The notes below the pieces were generated by a model. It had not been told where the DNA came from. It saw only the letters and a program-made list of their open reading frames with translations, and searched no databases. Below, in pieces: positions 39,101-51,029 of a stretch of DNA of 64,000 bases. Location: the NCBI RefSeq assembly GCF_964213995.1, contig NW_027590338.1, forward strand, positions 248,001 through 312,000. The letters are read 5' to 3'. Source of the stretch: Mustelus asterias (Eukaryota). Every line of letters begins with the position of its first letter. Positions within the stretch are counted from its first letter, which is position 1. A program made the position numbers and the translations under genes.

Positions 39101-40030
39101 AGTCGTAGCAAATTTCCCTCCCAGGATATTGGTGCTCCTCTGGTTCAGGTGCACCCCATCCTGTTTGTACAGGTCCCACCTTCCCCAGAATGTGTTCCAA
39201 TTATCCATGTATCTGAAACCCTCCCTCCTACACCATCCCTGCAACCACATGTTTAACTGCACTCTCTCCCTGTTCCTCAACTCGCTATCACGTGGCACCG
39301 GTAACATACCAGAGATGACCACATGTTCTGTCTTGGCTCTCAGCTTCCAGCCCAGCTCCCGAAATTCCTGTTTTAAATCCCCGTCTCTTCTCTAACCTAT
39401 GTCGTTGCCACCAATGTGTTCCACGACTTGTGACTGTTTCCACTCCCCCTTAAGAATCCGGAAGACACGGTCCGAGACGTCACGGACCCTGGCATCCGGC
39501 AGGCAACATACCATCCTCGAGTCTCTTTTCCTGCCACAGAACCTCCTATCAATCCCTCTAACTAACGAGTCCCCAATAACTATTGCCCTTCCGCTCTCCC
39601 CCTTACCCTCCCGAGCCACAGAGACGGACACAGTGCTGGAGATCCTCTCACTGCGGCTCACCACTGGTCCGTCGTCCCCCTCAACCATACCCAAAGCGGA
39701 ATACTTGTTGCTAAGGGGAACGACCACAGGGGATCCCTGCACTGACTGCTTCCTCCCAGCCCCTCTCACCGTCACCCATCTATTTTCATTCCTCGGAGTA
39801 ACTGTATCCCTAAAGCTTCTGTCTATGGCCACCTCCGCATCCCTAATGATCCTAAGTTCATCCAACTCCAGCTCCAGTTCCCTAACACGGTTTTGGAGGA
39901 GCTGCAGATGAGTGCACTTCCCACAGGTGTAATCATCAGGGACACTGACGTCGTCCCTCACCTCAAACATAGTGCAAGAGGAACATAGCACTGCCTGCAC
40001 ACCCATCCCCTCTAGATACCTTGCCAGTAC
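36101..40030 (-). mobile_element. Near full-length CR1 LINE: ORF1 (Cys knuckle/coiled coil + SGNH esterase) and ORF2 (EN + RT)
   Basis: ORF1 has CSSC...CGKC, the coil LQNRVRELELELDEL, and GDS, GxND and DGVH esterase blocks. ORF2 has FNARS and TETW, and a 717-aa open RT segment at 36183-38336; a few disablements near 38350, 38645 and 39392. Confidence 0.95.
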
Positions 40031-40059
40031 CAGGTCGCGTGATGCTTGGGGATTAATCA

Positions 40060-41019
40060 TTATTTAGAGTGATCATTGGGATTGTGTCTTTTTACAGTGA
40101 TCTGTGGGCATTGTGTCATTATTGAGAGTGTTCCTTGGTGATTGCGATGTTATTCAGAGTGACACTTGGGGATGGTGTCACTATTGAGAGTGATCCTGGG
40201 GATTATGTGACTATTTCGTGTGAACCTTGGGGATTGTTTCACTATTTAGAGTGATACTTGGGGATTGTGTCACTGATTAGAGTGATCCTTGAGGATTGTG
40301 TCATTATTTAGAAAGCTCCTTGGGGTTCTGTCAGTATTTACAATGATCCATGGGAATTGAGTCATTAATAACAATAATCTATGGGGATTGTATCACGCTA
40401 CAGGGTGATCCTTGTGGATTGTGTCACTATTAAAAGTAATCCTTGAGGATTGTGTCGCTTTTCAGCGTGATCGTTGGGGAATGTGTCACTATTTAGAGTG
40501 TTCTTTGGGGTTCGTGTAACTATGTGCAATGATCCTTGGGCATTGTGTCTTTATTTAGAGTGATCCTTGGGGATTGTGTCTCTATTTAGAGTGATCCTTG
40601 TGGATTGTGTCACTATTTAGAGTGATCTTTTGGGATTGTGTCACTATTTAGAGTGATCTTTTGGGATTGTGTCACTATTTAGAGTGATTCTTGAGGATTG
40701 TATTACTATTTAGAGTGATCCTTGGGGATTGTGTCACTATCTAGAGTGATCCTTGAGGATTGTGTCACTATTTAGATTGATCCTTGGGGATTCTGTCACC
40801 AGTTATAGTGATCCTTGGGGACTGTGTCACTATTTAGAGTGATCCTTCGGGATTGTGTCAGTATTCGGAGTGATCCTTTGGGATTGTGACACTATTTACA
40901 GTGATCCTTGGGGAGTGTGGCGCTATTTACAATGATCCTTGGGTATTGTGTAACTATTTGGAGTGACTCTTGTGGATTGTGTCACTAATTAGTGCTTACC
41001 TTGCAGATTGTGTCACTAT
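40060..41019. repeat. Minisatellite, 31-bp unit (TTGGGGATTGTGTCACTATTTAGAGTGATCC)
   Basis: About 30 copies, more homogeneous toward 40550-40900. Confidence 0.93.
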
Positions 41020-43780
41020 AGAACATAGAAAACCTACAGCACAAACAGGTCCTTCGGTCGACAAGTTGCGCCGAACAATTTCCTTCCCTTCTCGGCGCAT
41101 CTATAACCCTCTATCTTACCAACCTCCATGAACCTATGCAAAAGTCTCTTAAAAGACTCTATCCAATCCGCTTCCACCACCACTACCAGCAGCCGATTCT
41201 ACGCACCCACCACCCTCTGAGTGAAAAAGTTACCCCTAACATCTCCTCTATACCTACTCCCCAGCAGCCTAAACCTGTGGCCTCTCGTGACAACCATTTC
41301 AGCCCTGGGTAAAAGCCTCTGAGAATCCACTCTATCAATACGTCTCAACATCTTATACACGTCTAACAGGTCACCTCTCATCCTTCACCTCTCCAAGGAG
41401 AATAGACCTAGCTCTCTCAACCTATCCTGATAAGGCATACCACTTCATCCTGGCAACATCCTCGTAATTCTCCTCTGCTCCCGTTCTATGGCTTCCACAT
41501 CCTTTCTGTAATGAGGCGACCAGAACTGGGCACAGTACTCCAGGTGAGGTCTGACCAGGGTCCTATACCGCTGCAGCATTATCTCCCGATTTCTAAACTC
41601 AATTCCTCTATTGATGAATGCCAGTATGTCATACCTTCTTAACCACAGCCTTTACCTGCTACGCCGCTTTGAGCGTCCTATGAACCCGGACCCCAAGATC
41701 CCTCTGTTCTTCCACACTGCCAAGCGTCTTACCCTTAATATCCTATTCTTCCATCCTAGTCGACCTGCCAAAATGAACCACCACACACTTATCTGTGTTG
41801 AAGTCCATCTGCCACTTCTCCGCCCAGTCATGCATCTTATCAATGTCTCATTGCAACTGCTGACATCCCTCTACACTATCCACAACACGTCCAACCTTTG
41901 TGTCATCAGCAAACTTGCCAACCCATCCTTCCACTTCCTCATCCCGGTCATTTATAAAAATCACAAAGAGCAAGGCTCCCACTGGTGACCGACCTCCACT
42001 CTGAAAAAGACCCATCTACAACCACTCTTTGCCTTCTGTGGGCAAGCCAGTTCTGAATCCACAAAGCAACGTCCCCTTGTATCCCATGCCCCTTCACTTT
42101 CTCCATAAGCCTTGCATGGGGCACCTTATCAAACACCTTACTGAAATCCATATAAACCACATCTACCGCTCTCCCCTCGTCTACGTGTCTAGTCACACCT
42201 TCAAAAAACTCAATCAGGCTCGTAAGGCATGATCTGCCTCGGACAAAGCCGTGCTGGCTACTTCTGATCATACTATTCCTTTCCAAATGTTCACAAATCC
42301 TGCCTCTCAGGATCTTCTCCATCAACTTACCTACCACTGAGGTTAGACTCACTGGTCTATAATTTCCTGGGCTATTCTTCTCCCTGTCTTGAATAAGGGA
42401 ACTACATCCGCCATCCTCCAATCCTCTGGAACCTCTCCCGTCTCCATTGACAACGCAAAGATTATCGCCAGAGGATCAGCAATCTCTTCCCTCGCCTCCC
42501 ACAGTAACCTGGGATACATCCCATCCGGTCCCGGCGATTTATCTAACGTGATGCTTTTCAACAGCTCCAACACATCCTCTTTCCTAATGCCCACATGCTC
42601 AATCTTCTCAGTCCACTGCAAGTCTGCACTGCAACGACCAAGATCCTTTTACACTGTGAATACTGAAGCAAAGTATTCATTGAGTACCTCTGCTATTTCT
42701 ACCGGTTCAATGCAGACTTTCCCACCGTCACATTAGATAGGTCCTACTCCTTCACATCTTATCCTCTTGCTGTTCACATACTTGTAGAATGCCTTGGGGT
42801 TTTCCTTTATCCTGTCTGCCAAGGCCTTCTCATGTCCCCTCCTGGCTCTTCTAATTTCCCTCTTTAGTTCCTTCTTATTAGTCGTATACTCTTCTAGATT
42901 TCTAACATTACCCAGCTCCCTCAACGTTTTGTCGGCTTTTCTTTTCTTCCTGACTAAATCCGTTACAGCTTTCGTGCACCACGGTTCCTGTAACCTACCA
43001 TAACTCCCCTGTTGCACCGGAACATTGCTGTGCAGAGCTCCAGACAAATTTTCCTTGAACATTTGCCACATTTCTTACGTACATTTCCCTGAGAAAACCT
43101 CCTTCCAATTTATGCCTCTAATTTCCCGCCTAATAGCATCATAGTTGTCCTTACTCCAGATAAACACTTTCCTAGCTCCGTTGATCCTATCGCTCTCCAA
43201 TGGTAGCGTAAAGGAGATAGAGTTTTGATCACTATCACCAAAATGCTCTCCCACTGATAGATCTGACAACTGCCCAGGTTCATTCCCTAATATCAAATCA
43301 AGCACAGCCTCTCCTCTTGTAGGCTTATCCACATATTGCGTCAGGAAGCTCTCCTGTGCACACTGAACAAACTCCTCTCCATCTAAACCCCTTACCCTAG
43401 GGATATTCCAATCGATATTTGGGAAATTAAAATCTCCCATCACGACCACTCTGTTATTATCACATCTCTCCAGAATCTGCTTCCCAATCTGCTCGTGCAC
43501 ATCTCTGCTACTATTGGGCGGCCTATAGAAAACACCCAGTAAAGTTACCGACCCCTTCCTGTTCCTAACCTCCACCCACAGAGATTCCGTAGACATTCCT
43601 TCCGTGGCATCCATCTTTTCTACAGCTGTGACACTATCCCTGATCAACAGTGCCACTCCCCCACCTCTTTTGCCTCCTTCTCTGTCCCTCCTGAAACATC
43701 TGAAACCCGGCACTTGAAGTACCCAGTCCTGACCCTGAGATAACCAAGTCTCTGTAATGGCCACCACATCACAGTTCCAA
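41018..43780 (-). mobile_element. CR1 LINE ORF2, frameshifted
   Basis: VVAITETWL, GDFNFP, KSPGPDG, QHGF and RT motifs; tail at 41018. Confidence 0.93.
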
Positions 43781-44102
43781 GAGTGCTGAGACAGGGAGGG
43801 AGGGAGAACCCAGCCCATCCTAGTGCTCTAACAGAGTCTGTCTCTCCTCCTCCGTTCACTTAATGATGCTCTGCGTGATGCGGCCAGGTGGCGCAGGAGG
43901 AAATGGAAAATACATCCGAAAACACTATCTCCTGTGAAAACCCAGTTACCTCAATCGGAACATGATGACAGCAGCGGAATTGCACTAGGCACGAGCTCTT
44001 CTCCTGCTGTAATCTCGATGTCAACCCGTTTCTCACTTTACTGCAACAGATGACAGCAGTAAATAGAACTGCTATTCCAGAGGTTTTGTTGGGAGAGTCA
44101 GA

Positions 44103-44520
44103 ATGGATCCCATGTCGTCCCGTCATCTCATTATATTGTGGTTTGTACTCGGTACGTATGGCCGTATGTACTTATGTCATACTTCCATCACAACCCAACG
44201 TTCATTTTTATTTCAGGGAGGATTCGCGCAGATTCGGTATCACAATCCAAGACAGAACTCTACGTGACTGAAGGAGACAGTGTGATTACAGATTGTACTT
44301 ATAAAACAAATCTCTTTAATCCTGATCTGTATTGGCACAGACAGCACACAAACTACTTTCTGAGTTTTAGTTTACTTCGGGATAACAGTCGAAGAACAAT
44401 CACAGTTTTTACCAAGGGATGATTCGAGGCTGGTCAGAGTAAGACAGAAAAGAGATTTCCCTTAAAGATCATTCGAACAGGAATCCAGAACACTGCCTTC
44501 TATTTCGATGGGTTGAAAAT
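44103..44520 (+). pseudogene. T-cell receptor alpha/delta-type V gene segment pseudogene (leader + V exon)
   Basis: Leader MDPMSSRHLIILWFVL G|GTACGT (44103-44151), 65-nt intron, then V exon from 44217: DSVSQSKTELYVTEGDSVITDCTY...LYWHRQ...KG*FEAG...FPLKI...NTAFYFDGLK. TGA at 44420 falls in the GRF motif, and the second Cys is lost (YFD). Confidence 0.85.
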
Positions 44521-44559
44521 CGCAGTGGTTTAAAACTTATCTGTCTCTGAACAAAAACC
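44521..44559 (+). promoter_or_regulatory. Recombination signal sequence, 23-bp spacer
   Basis: Heptamer CGCAGTG (one change from CACAGTG, in the critical CAC), exactly 23-nt spacer, perfect nonamer ACAAAAACC, directly abutting the V exon. Confidence 0.9.
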
Positions 44560-44846
44560 TCAGGGCCGACGAACAGGCGTTCTCTCAAGATCACAGGAAC
44601 CTTCGTTGCTCTGTAAGTGACTGTCCTGTTCAGAATCTGTTAGTCCTGCTTCTGAGTTACAAAGTTTTAGGGTCAAGGCTCACTCCTGAGACTTCAGCCT
44701 GTAATCCAGGCTGTTGCCGAGTGGCAGCATCGAGGGCGTGCCAGCAATGGTTGTCATATTTCGCATCAGACCTTAATCTTAGGGACACACACTTCATTTC
44801 TGTAAAATATCCCAGACTTCTTTTTCAGAAAATCATTGCAGATTTC

Positions 44847-45620
44847 ATAGAATCATAGGACCATACAGTGCAGGAGATGCCCTTCGGTCCATCGAGTCTG
44901 TACTGACACGCTAGAAACATTGACGTTCCACTTACCAGCAATTGGCCCATAGGCTTGAATGTTATGATGTGCCAAATGTTCATCCAGGTAATTTTTAAAG
45001 GATGTGAGGCAACTCGCCTCCACCACCCTCTCAGGCAAAGCATTCCAGACTGTCAACACCCTCCAGTTAAAAAAGAAATTCTCACATCCCTCCTAAACCT
45101 TAGCCCCCTCACCTTGAATCTGTGTTCCCTCGTGACTGATCCTTCAAATAAGAGGAACAGCTGCTCCCTATCCACTCTGTCCATGGCCCTTATAACCTTG
45201 TACACCTCGATCAGGTCGCCCCTCAGTCTTTTCTGCTCCAACGAGAACAACACAAGCCTATGGAAACTCTTCATAACTTAAATGTTCCATCCCAGGCAGC
45301 ATCCTGGTGAAACTCCTCTGCATCCCGTCCAGTGCAATCATATCCTTTCGATAATGTGTCACCCAGAACTGCACACAATACTCTAGCTTGGGCCCTTACC
45401 AACTCTACACAACTTTCACATGACCTCCCTCCTTTTTTAATCTATGCCCCGATTGATAAAGGCAATTGTCCCATTTGCCTTTTTCAGCACCCTACTAACA
45501 TGCCCTTTCGTCTTCAGAGATCTGTGCAGAACCACGCCAAGGTCCCTTTGTTCCACTGAACTTCCTGGTGTCATGCCATTAATTAAATATTTCCTTGTCA
45601 ACTTATTCCTTCCATCTGTC
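44847..45620 (-). mobile_element. CR1 3' fragment
   Basis: LFSLEQKRLRGDLIEVYK; tail at 44847. Confidence 0.85.
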
Positions 45621-46766
45621 CTGGGCCTGTCATTAGCTCTCAAGCAGCATCACTGAAAATATCAGATAGATTGTTGTTGTTGGAATTTGTTGTGCGAGTT
45701 GTGGCCAGAGAGGCGCCGACAACAATGATTTCAGCAACAATAGCGGCAATATTAGCTTCAACAGCAATTGTGACAACGAGAGTCAAGCATGCTGGAATTG
45801 ATGTTCAAGTTATAATGAAAAACAGATTCAATTCATAAAGTTGCTGCAAGCTGTGACCAGAGAGAACACTTACCGTTAAAATGATTTAGCTTAATTGACT
45901 TTCATCAAGCTTACTCCTCCAAATATGATTTACAAATCTTCACTATAACAAAACTTTAGATGACCGAGTTTTCTGTGGGAAAATCAAATAAATACAATGC
46001 ATGATGGCAATTATTTCACCCAAAACAATAAAACTAAAAGTCCACGATGAATTCTGTGCGTGAAAATTGTTTCGCTTGCTGTTTGTAGATGGGAAAATGG
46101 GTTCATTGTATCACTTGTTATAGCATATTAACCTCAGTTATCATTTGTCATTTCTGTGAAATCCATCCTGTGTTCGGTGAGTGTGAGAGCAAAACGGTCA
46201 TAGTGACTTCAGATATTTCAGATGTATATCTAGTAAAAAGAATTAGGGAGTAGGAAAGTATTTTGATGATCACTCATGATCAAAATGAAGGGCGAAGTAG
46301 ACTCAAAATGCTGAATGGCTTACTCATGCGTCTATTTTCTGTGTCCAAAACTCTCAGAAGGAAATAAGTGCCGAACTAATCTGATATCTGTGAGCAAGAA
46401 GTAATTGGGCACCTGGCAGAAATCGGAAGAGACGGTCTTTGAATTTGAGATTAGAGCCCAGATCAATATCTCCCCTCACCTGCTGTTCTTGATGTAGACA
46501 CAAAGGCATGGTTTGTGGGAGGTGGATGTAACCATGGAATGAGCAAGCAGAGTTTGGCTCAGTATATAATGGAATCATCCCCCTTGCCAATGGTGCAATG
46601 TGGAGGTACCCAACAGTGAGCGAATCTGTTTGTTCACCGGCCTGTAACTAAGGTGCAGGCTCTAACTTAATTATTCCTCTGGAGACGCTCACTCAGAATA
46701 AATGTGAGACGCTATGAAACCACCGCAGAGCTCAGGTTTAAGCTTCATTTCACTTTCTGGGAGAGG

Positions 46767-46836
46767 ATGCATGGACCAGCAAAAGGTCTCTTCTTCGCCA
46801 TTTTTTATCCCATTCTCGCTGCCATTGGTGTTCCTG
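46767..46836 (+). CDS. GPR139-like GPCR gene 2, exon 1
   Basis: MHGPAKGLFFAIFYPILAAIGVP G|GTAGGT, phase 1, the same junction as gene 1; in-frame upstream TAA at 46668. Not in the ORF track because it is too short. Confidence 0.82.
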
Positions 46837-48059
46837 GTAGGTGAAAGATCCCAAATAAGTCTCATGACTTGAAATGTATGGCGTTGCATAAACATTAGCC
46901 TTTTATTGTTGAAAATTCGGTTTTATTCGAATGTAGTAAAATGCGATCTAGTGTTTTCAGTGTTTTGCACGATAAAGTCTATAAAGTGACCTATATTTCA
47001 TCCACTGGTATGTACAGTCTCAGAAAATGAGCTATCGCAATCTAATAATTCAATTAGATGCATTGACATAGAACATTCATTCACTGCTTACATGAACCTA
47101 TGCTGTGACCTCCAGCAGTTAGTAATCGTTGATTTGTAGTGAGGCGGCACTGGGCTGCCCACATCGTTACTGAGGTTTTAAGGTTGAATTATTGAAACTT
47201 TTGAAAAAGGTGTGGGGGTTATGCATTATGCATTTTGTCTTGTGTTAGTAAGTCTGGTAAATTTCGGATAATTATATTTTTAATCACTAGCTGTATGCAT
47301 GCAGATATGGCAAGGCGAATATGACTTGTCCATATCTAGCTTTCATTTGAGAAGGCGATGTAGCGTTTGTTTCTTCAGACACTCGGATAACTAGAATGGG
47401 GATACTTCACAAGACTTTAACAAATCAACTTTATACTGACCGACAAAATGACTTAGAATTGTTCAACGAATTTATTTTCTAAGGATCGTCCTGAAGCACA
47501 AAGGGAAAGTTTAGTCTTTGAAAGAAGAAGTTCCAGAGGTTAGGGTCTCGGCACGTAAAGGCAAACTGAAAAGATCAAATCAGGGTCATGGAAGTCCACA
47601 CTCGGAGGTATGGTGTGATCTCAGATAGTTGTAGCATGTTATCAAAATCTGGAAAGGCGAGATTATGGAGGGATTTATAATTCGAAGGACGAGATTATAA
47701 AAAACAGAGACGCAGCCTGAATGGCAGCCGATAGGGCTGATGGGTGGATGGGATTGGTACGAATAAGAACAACGACAGCAAATTTTCTGAGAATCTGAAA
47801 TTTGATAGTTATCTGAGGGGATCAACTCAGTGACCAGAGGGCAGAGTTACAATTTGGACTGATTGCAATGTCTCCTGATTTAAAATAACTTGAATCCAGT
47901 TTTGAATGTCGGACCATTGCCAAAGACTTTGCAATCACTGGAGTCTGGAGTTGGCAAAGTGAAGGATGAGAATGTTTTCAGTAACTGATTGGATGGCGCA
48001 GCAGCTGGTGTTTCGAGCGCTCTCGGTAACACATCTCTCTGTCTCTTTCTATCTCACAG

Positions 48060-48949
48060 CCAACTTGGTGACGATCGTAATCTTATCCCGAGGACGGTGC
48101 GGACTGTCACGGTGCATCACCTACTACCTGATCGCGATAGCATTGACTGATTTCCTTGTCATCATCACCGCCATAATCCTCAACCGGATTGGCCGCATCT
48201 ACTTTCAGAACAGCGTCCTGTCTACCACCCCCGCATGCACACTCAGCGCTCTGCTGGTCTATTTTGCCCGGGATATGTCCGTCTGGTTGACAGTGGCTTT
48301 CACCATCGACCGTTTTGTGGCCATCTGCTGCCAGGGCCTGAAGGCCAGATACTGCACCGAGAAAGCAGCATTGCTGGTTATAGGAATAGTCTGTGCCTTG
48401 AGCTGTGTCAGGAATGTCCCTTTCTACTTCACTTACCAGCCCTTGTACACCCTGGACGGGGTGCCCTGGTTCTGTGCTGTTAAGTCCAGCTATTACACGG
48501 TGCCCGCCTGGCAGGCCTATGACTGGCTGGACCACATCTTAACTCCGTTTCTCCCGTTCCTGCTCATCCTGTTTCTTAACGCGCTGACCGTTAAACACAT
48601 CTTAGCGGCCAGCAGAGCCCGCAGGAGACTCCGGGGCACGGAGAGTCACGGGGACCCAGAGATGGCCAACCGCAAGAGGTCCATCATCCTGCTCTTCGCC
48701 ATCTCCCTCAGCTTCCTCCTCCTCTGGGTCACCTATGTCGTACATTTCCTCTATGTGCGGATTACAGGTGAGGGCTACCGCACCAGCCTGGATTTCAAAG
48801 ACCCACGGTACATCCTTCAGGAAGCAGCAAACATGCTCCAGCTAGTCAGTTCCTGCAACAACGTCTTCATTTACACAGTCGCCCAGACCAAGTTCCGAGA
48901 GGACCTGAAGAAGGTTCTGCTATGCCCCTTCACCACGCTCACTGGCTAA
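48060..48949 (+). CDS. GPR139-like GPCR gene 2, exon 2
   Basis: Acceptor tctttctatctcacAG|CC. Motifs ANLVTIVIL, YLIAIALTD, PAC, FTIDRFVAICC, PWFC, PFLPF, SSCNNVFIY; open to TAA. Spliced product 319 aa. Confidence 0.92.
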
Positions 48950-49144
48950 AATACACATCAGCACGTGCTTGGCTTTCATCTACTTAGATCAATGTGTACT
49001 CCGTCTCTCTGGAATCAGACACTATTGGGCTTCAGATACAGGACTTGAGAGATTTAACGCTCATAATACAGTGCCCACAGCCCCCGTTGTTGCTCTGAAT
49101 GAATGCTGAGTTATCACAGTTGCTAACTTCCTGGAGGAGATATG

Positions 49145-50900
49145 TAGTGATGGAGATTTCCAGCATGGAAAGAGGCCCTTCGGCTATAAAACACCTATAG
49201 AATCAAATCCCATTTTGCAACAGTTGGTTCGCTTCCTTGCATGCTATGACGTTTCAAATGTTCATCTAAATGCTTCTGAAATGTGAGGGTTCTTTCCCCT
49301 GCCATACTTTCAGGCAGTGAGTTCCCGATTCCCGCCACCCTCTGGCTAAAAAGTTTTTCTGCAGGTCCCCTTTCAATATCATGCTCCTTTCCTGAGGTCG
49401 ATGCCGCTGGTTATTGACACCTCTACTAAGGGGAATAGTTATTCTCATCTGGATTATCTATTTCCCTCATAGTTTGGTACAAATCAGTGAGGTTCCTCTC
49501 AGTCTTCTCCACTTTAAGGAAAATAATCCCAGCCTATCCAGCCTCTTTTCATCGCTGAAAACTTCAGCCCAGGCAGCATCCTGTTGAATCCCCTTAATAT
49601 CCTTTCTACTACAACCACATCTGTATGTGCAGCGAACCGAAATGCACATGGTACTCTAGCCGTGGCATAATGAGAGTTTTATTCAGCTCCAGCATAAACT
49701 CTGTGCTCTTTTCATCTATGCCTCTGCTAATAAAGGCAAGTACACCATGTGAACTCTTAACCACTTCATCTATCTGTCCTGCTGGCTTCACGAATCTTTG
49801 GATATGGACCACAAGGACTCTATGGTTTTTTTGTACATCCAAACGTCCTACCGTTCATTGTGCATTCCCATGACTTGTAAGCCCTCCCGAAATGTATGAC
49901 GTTACGCTTTTGAGAGTTCAATTCCAGTTGCCTCTTTTCTGCCCATCTGACCAGCCCATCCGTATCATCTGGTAATCTATGGCTTTCCTCCTTACCGTTT
50001 ACCACAACACTATTTTTGTTTCACCTGCAATCTTACTGATCATCCACCGCTGGCTCCCCTTCACATTCAACTCTAGATCACTAATGTACACGACAAACAG
50101 CAAGGGGCCCAGCATCGATCCCTGCAGTACACCACTGGACACAGGCTTCCAGTCACAGGAACAACCTTCGACCATCATCCTCTGCCTCCTGCCACTCAGC
50201 CAATTTTGGATCCAATTTGCCAAATTGCTCTGAATATCATGCGTTCTTACCTGCTTGATCACGCTCCCATTTGCGATCTTGTCAAAAGCCTGAAGTCCAT
50301 TTAGTCCACATTAACTGCACTTCTCTCATCTACAATTCTAGTCACCTCTTCGAAAGTTTCAGTCATATTTCTCCGGCACGATCTCCCCTGACAAAGCCAT
50401 GATGACTTCACTCGGTTAATCCTGCCTCACCAAGTGGTGATTAATTCTGTCCCTCAGAAATGTGTCCAATAGTTTCTCTTCCCCTGACATTAGACTCACA
50501 GGCCGGAAATGATCTGTTTTTATCCCCTGCACACTTTATTGAATAATGGTGCCGCATTAATTGTCCTCTTCCCCTCTGGCATCTCGGCTTTAGCCAGGGA
50601 AGTTATAAAAATTAGTGCCAGGTCCCTGTAATCTCCGCCCTTGCCTCACACAGCTGCCGAGGATTGGGCCTGGAGATTTATCCACTTTTAAACCCGTTAC
50701 AACGGCTAAGACCTCCTTCCTCTCAATATCAATCTGTTCAATTTCATCAGTCTTTTCCTTGCTTTATATACCTATATCCCGCTTCTCCATGGTGAACACA
50801 TGCAAAATATCCATTTAATATCTTACCTACAGCTTCAGTTTCACACACAGATTGCCACTTTGGCCCCAAATGCTCCCATTCTTTCTCTGGCTACCTTCCT
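49145..50900 (-). mobile_element. Old degenerate CR1
   Basis: GVLQGSMLGPLLF and PRLEY remnants. Confidence 0.8.
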
Positions 50901-51029
50901 GCCCTTAAAATACTTACAAAAAAACACTGTGTCTGCCGTCCCAGATGGAATACACAAGGTTACCCGGTCGCAATTAGCAAAAAGAACAGAAAGTGGCCTC
51001 TCCAGCTTCCAGGGGATACAATTATTCTT

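Noticed and set aside
23830-41019. CRISPR-like appearance of the 47-, 39- and 31-bp arrays
   Set aside because: They are head-to-tail repeats with no unique spacers and no cas genes, in a vertebrate context.
47966-48059. ORF-track N-terminus of GPCR gene 2
   Set aside because: Intronic polypyrimidine read-through; the true exon 1 is at 46767-46836.
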